64,000 bases of DNA from the NCBI RefSeq assembly GCF_037042905.1, contig NC_087248.1, positions 17,298,001 through 17,362,000 of the forward strand, in the 5' to 3' direction. Source of the stretch: Lytechinus pictus (lineage: Eukaryota). The notes beneath the pieces are model-generated. The model ran no database searches. It was not told the DNA's origin and saw nothing but the letters and a program-made list of their open reading frames with translations. Both the position numbers and the translations under genes were made by a program. This document shows positions 53,041-64,000 of the stretch, piece after piece (the stretch's first letter is position 1; every line of letters begins with the position of its first letter).

Positions 53041-54772
53041 CCCCTCAGGGGTCTTTGTATTTTAAAGCGAGACATTACTCCTTTTTTTTTGGGGGGAGGG
53101 GGGGGGTCTTTAGAAAATGACCTCATAAAAGTTAAAGTTAAAGGATTATGACTAGGAACTTAACCCCCCCCCCTGAAAAAATAGGGGGCTGAAAAATGCC
53201 CCCCCCCCCCCCCCCCATTAAAAGGTAAGAAGAGTCATTTGCACTTCAGAGTTCAGACCATTCATTTGATGTTTAATGCATTCTGCTTTGGTAAAAAATT
53301 GTTTACAGTAGCCAATTAATCATTGTTTATTTATATTCTCCTACTCAGTCTTTTATTCATATTCCATTCCTACTCTTTCTTTTTAACTATATCACATCAC
53401 TCTTGATTTTGAGCTTCACCATACCATCTAATGTTTCCTCTCTCCTTTTTTTACCCTCTATCTCTCCAAGTATATTTTCTCTGACATTTTATAAAGTGTA
53501 CCTTTAATCATGCGACTAATTATAGAAATATATATATACAAAAATCTCTGCACTTGTTTTAGAAATTCACTTGCAAATCCATGACTCAATAACATACCAT
53601 ATCAAAAATATGCATATGTGCACAATAAATTTTTGCCTTCTATTTTCTTTCATTTAATTTTTTCAGTATATTTCTGTGACAGCCCCTGCTTTATACATCC
53701 TACATCTCCAATTGTCAAAAAATGAATATTATGTTTCAGTAGCAAAATTGTTGGATGCAAGATCTGACTGTCACAAAAAATGCAAATAATTTTCCATTGG
53801 AGTAAGGACGAACGTATTCACTGTTCATTGAGCAAATGATTACTTTTATTTCTCTACATATATTCTAGTCATATCCCTTTCAGATGGTGGTAACTGCAGG
53901 AATGGGAAAACTCAGTGATATAACTAAAATTTTCACAGAGGATTTTCGGAAAACAACTAAATCCATTTTTTTTTAAAGCAACAGTTATTCCGTTCTGAAT
54001 GCTGCAACTATGAATTTGATGCACCAAAATATAATATCATGACAGCCATTTCTTCAATTCTTTAAACTAGACATTAAATATAGCTAATAGTATTATTTAG
54101 GAGTCTTATTAGGACAGAGTGTAGCCAAAATAGAGTTTAAAAGATTATGAAGAAAAGAATAAATGTCATGGTATTATATTTCAGTGTAGGTGTAAGCATT
54201 CAAAATGGAATAATTGTTGCTAGATAATAATGAATTAAAATGTACTTAGAGAGGGAGAAAAGAGGGAGGGGGGAGAGGAAACAAAACAATAAGGTATGGT
54301 AAAGCTCTAAAGTGCAAGAAGTGCAAAAAGTGATGTAAGAAAGTCAGAGTAAGAACTGAAATGAACAAATACTGAGTAGGAGATAAATAAAACGTTGATT
54401 AATTGGGCACCGGAAATGATCTTTTATCAAAACCAGAATGTTTTAGGCTTTAAATTAATACGCTGAAGTGTAAAGGATTTTTCTCCCCCCCCTTTTTTTT
54501 TTTTGGGGGGGGGGGTCAGTTCCTAGTTGTAATTATTTCCTTTTACTCTTTATGTGGCAATTTTCTAAAGCCCCCCCCCCCAAAAAAAAAAAATGGAAGG
54601 GGTGCTTTCTTTAAGAGTGTTTAAGTTCTAATGGCCATGGCCTTTAACCTTCTATATGTTTATGTTGTCAGTTTTTAAGGACCTCCTCCGCCCCCCCCCC
54701 CAAAAAAAAACCTATAAATATTATTGAAGGTGATTAATACCATGAATACCCTGCGCTATCTTATGATGTTAA

Positions 54773-55343
54773 AGGGGAATCCAACCCAAATAAACATTTG
54801 TTTTTAGAGGAAAAGGAAAAATCAGACAATAGGTCAAAGTTTGAACAATATCGGACAAACCATAAGAAAGTTGTGAATATATAAAAGTTGTAAACATTGG
54901 TAATCACTATATACCCATGAAGACTTCAAATTGGCCGCATATGTGATGTCATAATGATGTAAGGGAAGGACCACTCTTCCATGTACAGAAATAATTAATG
55001 GACTAAAATGTCTTTTTCAAAAGTTTTACTTCAAATTGTATCTTTCTTTCATGAGGACATAAAACATTATACTAACAGGTTTATATTACGGCCCCAATGG
55101 AATTTAGGAGAAAACCAAAAATCAAAGTACAAGGCCAATGGGAAAGTTGTCCTTGCAGCCTCGCCCCTTGTCATAATTTACTTACCCATTGTCAATTTGA
55201 AATCTACATACTAGTAGCCTTAGGGATCTTAATTTTAAAGCAGCCATAACTTTATTTTGCTTATCCGATTGCTTTCAAACTTTCAACATTCTTATTTTTC
55301 TCCTTTTCCACACAACATTTTATGACCAAGGCTTGATTCCCCT
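54773..55343. mobile_element. Kolobok-like MITE nested in the right arm of the foldback
   Basis: TTAA|AGGGGAATC ... GATTCCCCT|TTAA; it interrupts arm-to-arm homology and is absent from the left arm. Confidence 0.85.
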
Positions 55344-55449
55344 TTAACACTGAATATGAATCTTTACCCAAAATTAATATTTGTGTAAACTTTTCTGAGC
55401 ACAGGCTGAAAACAGAGAAGTAGATTGATCCACAATTGGTGAGTTTTCC

Positions 55450-56035
55450 CTGCATTTCTGGCTATATGTGGTTATCAAGGCAATGCACTCTCTGACAAAT
55501 GCAAAAAAAAAAAAGGTTCTTGCACATCTTTATCTCAAGGCCAATGTGTGAGCCATATTTCATGCATGAGAATTGGTTTGCAACTGATGAAGTAGTTCAA
55601 ATTGCAAGGTTTTTACCTAAATTTTGTCATATAATATGTTGTTACCATGGCAACACAATTTCTGAAACACACACAAAAAATGCCTTGTACATCTTTACTT
55701 TAATACCAATGTGTGTGCCAAATTTCATGTGAATTGATTGAAAACTGATGAAGCAGTTTGAAATGTAAGGTTTTTTTCCCAATTTTCACCAAATGTTTTG
55801 TTGTTACCATGGCAACAAAATTTCCGAAAGACACACAAAAATGTGTCTTAGACATCTTCACCTCAAGACCAATGTGTGTGCCAAATTTCATGAGAATCTG
55901 ATGAAAACAGAGGAAGTTGTTCTAACTGCAAGATTTGTACCTTATTTTTGCCATAATACACTGTTACCATGGCAACACAATTTCCAACACATGCAAAAAA
56001 GTGTATTGCACATCTTTACCCCAAGACCAAAATAT
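55450..56035 (-). repeat. ~160-bp tandem subrepeats in the right arm of the foldback
   Basis: GTTACCATGGCAAC at 55641, 55803 and 55963; degenerate copy at 55471. Confidence 0.85.
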
Positions 56036-57152
56036 GTACATACACACCAACATTCAACCCCCTCCACCACCACCCTTCGGCTTGTTTAGCATCTGCATTC
56101 AGATATTTAGTGCATTGAGATGTGAGGACAAACAGAATATCTGTTCAAAAAGGGTCTGAATTTAAGAACTAAACCAATGCAAAATAATGCACTGCTATTG
56201 AGTTTTGCACTAGCGCTAGTCTATATATCAAACCAATCTAAACTCATAAATTCTGACATTTTCACCCATTTTTTCACTGTTCCTGCAGCCAGATTTTTTG
56301 GAGCATACCCCATTTTTAATTCTCATACATAAACAAAGGTCTGGAGAAAAAATCATGCTTTTGTCCACCGTGTCCACAAGTAGGGTGTTTTTGACGCTAA
56401 CAGACCGGACTAGTAGAGGTTACATGGATACAAATGTTGAATAGAGTCCAAGTTTGAGGGCATGTAATGTACATCTGTGAGAGAAGCATTCGAATGCAAT
56501 TCAAGGAAGGCTGGAAATGCCCCCTAGCAAGTCACATCACTCGTGTATATCTAAGTTTTCACAGGTTTGCCTAGAATAAGTCATAGAATTGAATTTGAAG
56601 AGGTTTAGGTAAATAGCATCTGAGAGATGGACACGGCAGCTGATCCAACCTGTTCTATCGCATAATCCAAGTATTTTGACATTGCCTCCCTAGTTTGCTT
56701 CAAGGCGTTGCCTTTATTTTCTGAGTAAACTGAGGACACCTTTACTGAATTCTCCAAAGATTATTTGTAGTCATAGATATTCAAACGTTCGATCTTGTGT
56801 AGCGATAAATAATAAAGTACTTATTCTACAAAATTAATAAACTGGGTTACATTATAATGTTCGTGAGTCTCAAAGGAAAAATGAAGAAACGATATTGCAC
56901 CCTAACATACACCGCATTGGCAGCACATATTTGGAGTATTATCGAACCAATTTTGCACATTTTCAAAAAGATTTTCATCCGCGAACTAATGCAAGGTTCC
57001 ACCGCAAGCATCTAAGGGGTGCAAGAATTTCCAAAAAGGGTAAAACTCTGAGCACTATATGAAGTGTAGTTCTACGGCTTCGCAAATGGTTGCGCACCTA
57101 CGTAGCTCAAAGGTTCGTGATAATTCGTTGGATGCAAAGTTGCATACATTAA

Positions 57153-57753
57153 AGGACAAGTCCACCCCAACAAAAAGTTGATTTTAATAAAACGAGAAAA
57201 ATCCAACAAGCATAACACTGAAAGTTTCATCAAAATCGGATGTAAAATAAGAAAGTTATGACATTTTAAAGTGTCGCTTAATTTCACAATACAGTTATAT
57301 GCACATCCTGGTCGGTATGCAAATGAGGAGACTGATGACGTCATCCACTATTTCTTTTGTATTTTATTATATGAAATATGGAATATTCTAATTTTCTCCT
57401 CATTGTCAAGTGAAACAACGATTAATTCCTCCCTGAACATGTGGAATTAGCATTGTTTAATATTATTATGGTTCAGTCATGTTGGTCCGTATTGTCAAAT
57501 TTGTAAAAAAAATGAAATATTGTATAATTCAAACAATAAAATACAAAAGAAATAGTAAGTGATGGACATCATCGACTGACTCATTTGCATGTCACTGAGT
57601 TGTGCATATCACTGTTTTGTGAAAAATAAGCGAAACTTAAAAATGCCGTAACTTTCTTATTTTACATCCGATTTTGATGAAATTTTCAGCGTTATGCTAG
57701 TTTGATTTTTCTCTATTTATTCAAATCAACATTTTCTGGGGTGAACTTGTCCT
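57153..57753. mobile_element. Kolobok-like (TTAA-flanked) MITE, copy 2
   Basis: TTAA|AGGACAAGTCCACCCCA ... TGGGGTGAACTTGTCCT|TTAA; 601 bp. Confidence 0.9.
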
Positions 57754-57769
57754 TTAATATCATTAAGGG

Positions 57770-58026
57770 CATGGGCGGAAATCCCAGGGGGAGGGTAGGG
57801 GGACGAGTCCCCCCTATCCAAAATAGTAGGGGGACACAATATCAATTTTCCCCTACTATTTTTGGTCTGTTATGATGGAAAGAAATATATCATTCAAAAT
57901 CGAAATAATAAATGTATTTTGGACGAGATGACCTTATTTTTGGGTGATAACCTTTTTTTTTATATTGCTTGTCAAATTTTACAGCCCCTGGTTCCCCCTA
58001 CCTTTGGGGAGAGATTTCCGCCCTTG
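57770..58026. mobile_element. hAT-type MITE
   Basis: TIRs CATGGGCGGAAATC / GATTTCCGCCCTTG; perfect 8-bp TSD ATTAAGGG at 57762-57769 and 58027-58034. Confidence 0.9.
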
Positions 58027-58541
58027 ATTAAGGGCCTTTGGCCATGTTGCGATTATACACCAAAAGGGCACAAAATGATAACCCCCCCCCCCCCCATTTT
58101 TCATAATGAAGATTAAAGACAAATACAGTATTCCTAATTTTTTTGAGTTTTTTTTTAAATAAAACATTTCGCCTCATGTAAGAATACGGACGTGTTGTTC
58201 AAACTGTCCATGTGTGGGAAGGACTGCAGTGTTTTATTTGCAAGCTGCGCTCTTGGTCCAGCACGTGCGCGAAGATTTTGCATTCATTATTACATTTTGG
58301 AACTGATGAAAAGTGGCGTGCGGGGCAGAAATGACAGGTAAATGCTTTCACATCTCAACCCAAATGTTATGTTCGTGTCCAAGTAGGATGCTTGGAAGAG
58401 GATAAAGGTTTTGAACTTCTGTAGTTAAATACTGAGTCAGCCAGTATTGGAGACGGGTGTATCCATGAGGTGATAAGAACGGGTCAATTCCGATTGTCAT
58501 ATTGGGTATTGATAATGCCTCAATTCCTTATTAAAATGACA

Positions 58542-58633
58542 CACACTTAAAATGTTGGGAACATACAGTTCACTGTGTTGGGTAATGGATGTTGGTGATA
58601 TATATATATTTATTTATATATATATATGTATAC

Positions 58634-58664
<31 letters not shown>

Positions 58665-58828
58665 TATTCGGGGCAATTATTATCCAATCGAGCAAATTTA
58701 TTACCCAATTATTAGTTTTTATTACCCAATTTGGAATTTGGGCAGGTTTTAACCAATAGTTGTGTGGACAGTATGTTGTCCAGGGTCAGTTAAAAGTTGG
58801 GAATTTTCGCCCAACTATTTTAAGAGTG
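58542..58828. mobile_element. CAC...GTG (EnSpm-like) MITE containing a (TA)n tract
   Basis: CACACTTAAAATGTTGGG / CCCAACTATTTTAAGAGTG with CA flanks; internal TTACCCAA repeats; TA tract at about 58598-58667. Confidence 0.65.
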
Positions 58829-59579
58829 CAGATAATTATTTTATCCATTCTGTTGATGCAGAAAAAACAATTACTCACAGTATTCCCACGTAACCTTTTT
58901 AAAGCTGAATTCACAACTATGTAAAATGAACTTCTACTTAAGAAATTGTTCGGCTAAAATTTCCTCTAAATTCAGAAAATATATAATTATTACTAACTCT
59001 AAATCATTGCTTCTGACTATTGCAACAGGCATCCACGTAAGAGCATCACAAACTTGCAAATCATCTTTCTAAAATAGTGATTATTTTTATCTCGCTTGGC
59101 ATTGTCAACTTGTCAATGTTTAATATGCCTCCTGATGTCCCATCTGTCTGTCATAAACATAAAAATGGTCGCAGTTAGCGATTACTTGAGTATAAGCTTG
59201 AACAACATTTTGCCTTTGAGCAGTCGATTGCATATTTTTTATCATTTAGAGCCCTGGTCATGCTAAATATAATTTAAACTTTGCATCGGTCAATATTAAT
59301 ATCTTTCGGGGAATCGGATAGTTCACCGTGACAACCTCAAGCCGGCTAACATACATATTTTATATTTTATGAAGGTATACAAGGTATCGTGACGTCGAGG
59401 CTTTGTCACTAGGGAAAATTTAGGTTTTGGATTTATGATGCAACATGGTAAAATCATGCTGTTGGTCAATAATAGGTCGTGTTGGTGATATATGAGAACT
59501 CAGATGAACTTTCCTGACAACTCCGAGACATTATGCATCATCCAAGTGGGATATGATATCATCGGACAGGGATAGAATA

Positions 59580-59742
59580 AAGAGAGGAGGAGGAGAAGGA
59601 GGAGGATGAGGAGGGGGAGAAGAAGGAGAAGAAGATGGAGGAGGAGAAGAAAAGGAGGAGAAGGAAAGAAGGAGAAGAAATGGAGGAGGAGAAGAAGAAA
59701 GAAAGAAGAAAAAGAAGAAGAAATAGAAATAGAAGAAGAAAA
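59580..59742. repeat. Purine-rich (GAG/GAA)n low-complexity tract
   Basis: Direct reading. Confidence 0.9.
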
Positions 59743-61099
59743 CAGATCTGCTTGAGCGACATGAGTATTGTGAACTTATGGCACTGATGCAAAGTTATAA
59801 AATACTCAATATTTTTATTCGTGCATCGATGCCAATCCCCTAAATACCTACATATATATGTCCTCATCTGGAAGGTACTGAAATCCAGCTCTGGTTTTAT
59901 AGATTTTCCTCATCACTCATGCGAGTCACGTAACTGTGTGTTTTAGTCCATCAAGCCCGTGTTTACCTCTCATTCTTCATGTTCTTTCCCCGAGACAGAA
60001 TTCAAGGAACATTTTTAAACCCGTACTTTATTTTAACTCCATGCATCGCCATCCGTCGATAACTGCATCGTCACAGCGTGTTTGTCTAGTTTCATTTTTC
60101 GTCATTACTTCATCTATAACCATTCTCTGTTGTCGGACTATGTTGTGGCATGGTGTATCTCTTATTGTTGCCGGTGGTGTTTTATGGATCGAACCCGAAA
60201 CACGAACGTGAATGCATATTACAACCACCCCAAGGCGATGTCTTGATCACGTGATACGGCAAAACAACGTCAAGACACATGAGTAAATATAGAGTCTAGA
60301 TATTGCTTTACATTTGCACATAAATTGATATTTTAATGTCTTACATGGCTCAGGCAAGAGAAAAAGAAATGTTCTTCAAGAAACATGAAAAAGGACTTCG
60401 TGAATTTTGCTTCGTTTGCAATCTTATGGAGACGATTTGGTGAAAAGTAATTAGAGAGTTGTAATATATTATTCTCCATTCGTCCTGACCTGCCCGCTTC
60501 GAAGCATTTTGTTCTACATCTCTGTTTGTCATGTGTATTGCCGCTGATTTTACAATTTTTTTAAGATGCAGTCATTGGAAATGCGTTCGAAAAATCGTTT
60601 GATATTTTCCTACCAAATTTTAGGTTTTATAAGCATGTCCCCTAGCTCTTTAAATATGAATATTCCTTATAATTTCAGTCTTTTCTCTCTAAACTACATT
60701 TATGAAAGGTTATAGAAAATCATATCATGAGAAATTGTAACAAGCAATGAAATAGTACATGCTTTGTTTCTGCATGCATCTATCCCTCTTTAATAGCTAT
60801 CACAAACATAATGGAAATTCTACACGAATTGCTTAACATCGTTTAGCTTTTTTATAATTAAAGGATGGGTGTACCAAGTGTTTCCTGTCAACTGCATATT
60901 GAAAATATCGATGTTTCACAAGTATAAGATGCTAAATCATTTTAAGAAAATGATAATTATGTTTCATGTCAGACGCGCCTTGCAGCTGATAAAGCGCTTA
61001 ACATCCTTGACAATATAAATGAACACTAGACCTGTTTCACCTCATCCATAACGCTATTCTTATATTTGACATGTCATCATTATTTCTTAATCAATCAAT

Positions 61100-61345
61100 T
61101 TATCTCTCTCTCTGTCTATCGCGTTCCGTCTTCATCTCAATCTCTCTTTCCTTCTCTATATATCATTCTCTATCATTCTCTATCTCTCTCTATCTATCTG
61201 TCTATCTATCTATCTATTCATCTGTCTGTCTGTATCTATCCATCACTCCCACTCTCCATCTCTCTCCTTCCTTTCCATCTCTTCATCTCCCTCTCTGTCA
61301 CTTGTTGGTCTCCATTTTCTTTCTCTCCTTATCCATCATCTCTTT
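61100..61345. repeat. CT/CTAT-rich low-complexity tract
   Basis: Direct reading; source of the spurious ORFs at 61066 and 61071. Confidence 0.85.
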
Positions 61346-62590
61346 AGTTTTATCATTTTCTGTCTTTCTCTTGCACTTTTTTTTCGTTCATACGAGGCAT
61401 AAGTTTTATATCGACACTTGAATTCTTCACCCTTTCTTATTTTTCACGTTGTAGTATACTCTCCCAACAACTTTACCAACTATTGCCACTTAATCCGTAC
61501 TCATTAATGCCCTTCCTCTCCCTTTTCTCTTCTCTTCTTTTTGTATTTAGTTATTTACCACTTATTTTCCTTCTTGCCCTTCATTTTCCTTTACCCCTCC
61601 TCCTCACTATCTAATTATACTGTCCCTTCTTCTTATTCTTGCGCGTGTCATTCCCTGCCACTTACTCATTCTTGCACTTTTCCGCTTTTATATGTTTTAC
61701 TTGTACTTGGTCCTTCTTTTCTACTTATTCTTCTCCTTTCCTCTATGCTTTTTATCAACTCTATCTCTTTTCATATCCATCTTGTTTCCCATGCGTATAA
61801 ATGTTACTACAGTTAGAGGTATGACGTTTTAATTATAAAAATCATATGAAGATCAAGTTTGATTTGTAATTATTAGATCCAGCTTTCGGCTAGCTTAGCA
61901 GGTTTTGAATAAGTCGAGCTTTTGAAGAAGGCCAGATAATAAGTACGCTTATGGGCAGAAAATTATTTTGAAAACATGTCAGAGTCCCTTCCGACCAGAG
62001 AGAAAATAAACGAAGTTCGAGTGCTATTGTTCCGATCTCACTAGCGTGGTTGAAGTTTATCTACGTTAGATCTGAACATACTACTCATGTACAATGGAAA
62101 TAATTGTAGACGCTAAAAACGGATTGTTTTGATAAAGGATGAAACATGGCATTTGGTGGCAAATAAAATTATATATTGAGATTTATCACATAAGTCATAT
62201 CAATGTCCTAAACTACCAATTTTGTTATTTCGTTGCCAAAGGCCTGAAGAAGACACATAAGTGTAAAAAATGGTAAAGGGGTAGATGATAAGAGCAATGG
62301 AAAGATAAAATGGGAGAGAGGGAGAAAGAGGGGAAGAGAAGAAGACTCAATGAGATAGAAACAAAAAGAGGATACATACGTAGACAGATATAGGGCCTAT
62401 AAAAAGATAGGTGGAGATCTATACCACCAAAACATACACATATGCATGAGTATTATATAAAGCACACACACCCTCACACACCCCATATATACACGAGATG
62501 ATAATAGATTCAAGATGGATAGATAGATAAATATATGAATAAATACATACACAGAAAGTAAGAAAGAAAGAAAGAGTAAGATAGATAGGA

Positions 62591-62765
62591 NNNNNNNNNN
62601 NNNNNNNNNNNNNNNNNNNNNNNNNNNNNNNNNNNNNNNNNNNNNNNNNNNNNNNNNNNNNNNNNNNNNNNNNNNNNNNNNNNNNNNNNNNNNNNNNNNN
62701 NNNNNNNNNNNNNNNNNNNNNNNNNNNNNNNNNNNNNNNNNNNNNNNNNNNNNNNNNNNNNNNNN
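62591..62765. other. Assembly gap (175 N)
   Basis: Run of N. Confidence 1.
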
Positions 62766-62840
62766 ACTTAGTTCCAACAGTTTATTTTGAATTCCAAATT
62801 TTCGACGTTAAACATACGTCTTCTTCAGGGATACAATAAA
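62766..62840 (-). mobile_element. Penelope-like element terminal fragment with hammerhead-like motif
   Basis: Minus strand TCC-CTGAAGA-A-GACGT-ATGTTTA-ACGTC-GAA-AATT-T-GGA, followed by AATAAACTGTTGG. Confidence 0.55.
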
Positions 62841-64000
62841 GCTCACAGTGACAAGAACTGAAATAATAACATTCATGATTGTGGTAGTCATGGAATATGT
62901 ATTTAAAGAACTCTTTAATATAGATGATTGTCGATTAATGATCAACATAATTATTTTGTAGATTAAGCGTTGCAGATAACATTCTGAAAATTATAAATCA
63001 GATATACAAGAATCATAAATACACAGACATATTATCTTCTCGTTCACACACACATATATATATATATAGGTTGGATGGACAGATTGATTGATTGATTGAC
63101 TGACTAATTGAATGATTGATCGATTGTTAGGCAAATTGAAAATCAAAAGATGGATTGAGGAAGATGAATGGGAAAGGGAAAGACAGATAACACGGTGGAA
63201 TGATAGAACATGAGTAAGCACTAAGCTCATCTTCTTATCATATTCAAACATCCAAGACACAGTGTGGTTGCGACAGAATCATTATCACACAAAAAAATAT
63301 CCTCTTCAGAATGATTGACATCCGCAAACATTTAAACGAAATCTATTTGTCACTTGGCAGCCAGCTAGCCGCGTATCTGCAAGATTGCTTTTTAGGATAA
63401 TGCCGGGAGGGCCAGAAGCCATCGGTATGGCGTATGATATCAAACGAGAATAAACGTTTACTCTAGCAAGAAAGCCGCATGAAATTATCACACCCATCAG
63501 AGTCATTTATTCTCATTATCTCGTTCCATCGAATCATTAATAATCTTCAAATATTTGCCACCGGGTCTGTGGGGGTATTGATTCAACAAACCATCTATTA
63601 GTATTTGGTGCAAAGTCACACGACGTGTAATGAGCAAACACAGTCCTAAGAAAAGAAATCAGCTGTCGGAAATTAAAATGTCCCTGGGTTATGGATAAAT
63701 GAATTCAATCACTGTCTCTGATAGGCCACTAAAATGTTTTCGCGCCAATTTCTAGATCCAACCTAATCCACTCCTTCTCTCAAACACAACTCTCAATTAC
63801 CATCTCTTGCTACCCTCCAATCCTTTTCGTGCTCCCCTCTCTCCCTCTTTCACTCTCTCTCTCTCTCATTCACACCCCTTAATGGCCTACTGTATCTCTT
63901 TTTGGCATTTATTTCTCCCTTACACATCTCTCTGTCCGACCATGGACCTATCCATGGTCCGACATCCCCATTTTCTATTACGTCATTTCTCAAATACTTT

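Larger units (their letters stand above)
51648..56412. mobile_element. 4.76-kb non-autonomous foldback DNA transposon (possibly Academ-like)
   Basis: Termini TAGTCTGGTCTGTTAGCG / CGCTAACAGACCGGACTA with GTA on both flanks. Inverted arms run about 51648-53520 and 54220-56412, near-identical at the outside. No transposase ORF. Confidence 0.9.

Noticed and set aside
51878-56159. Near-duplicate ORFs on opposite strands (MCLRHLHLKTNVCAK...)
   Set aside because: Produced by the inverted arms and subrepeats of the foldback element; no transposase motifs.
1-64000. Conserved bilaterian microRNAs (let-7, miR-1, miR-9, miR-124, miR-252 and others)
   Set aside because: No mature sequence was recognised by eye; a miRBase/MirGeneDB search is needed to exclude them fully.

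Overview
AT-rich animal genomic DNA. The repeat landscape (tRNA-derived SINEs, TTAA/TWA/8-bp-TSD MITEs, (TA)n tracts) suggests an invertebrate deuterostome such as a sea urchin; this is an inference. None of the supplied ORFs is a credible gene. Manual translation finds one convincing coding exon, 38669-38836 (+, phase 1-1, 168 bp). It encodes the start of the amino-terminal domain of a kainate/AMPA-type ionotropic glutamate receptor, so most of the window is probably very large introns or flank of that gene. The rest holds many non-autonomous transposons, a 4.76-kb foldback element with ~160-bp subrepeats that each carry an RFX X-box-like palindrome, microsatellites and a 175-N gap. The most unusual object is a 349-bp element (25892-26240) with perfect 85-bp terminal inverted repeats. 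It carries an intact-looking tRNA cloverleaf with a UCA (UGA-reading) anticodon, Pol III A/B boxes and a T6 terminator, faced by a decayed antisense copy of the tRNA 3' half. A Penelope-type hammerhead-like motif lies next to the gap.
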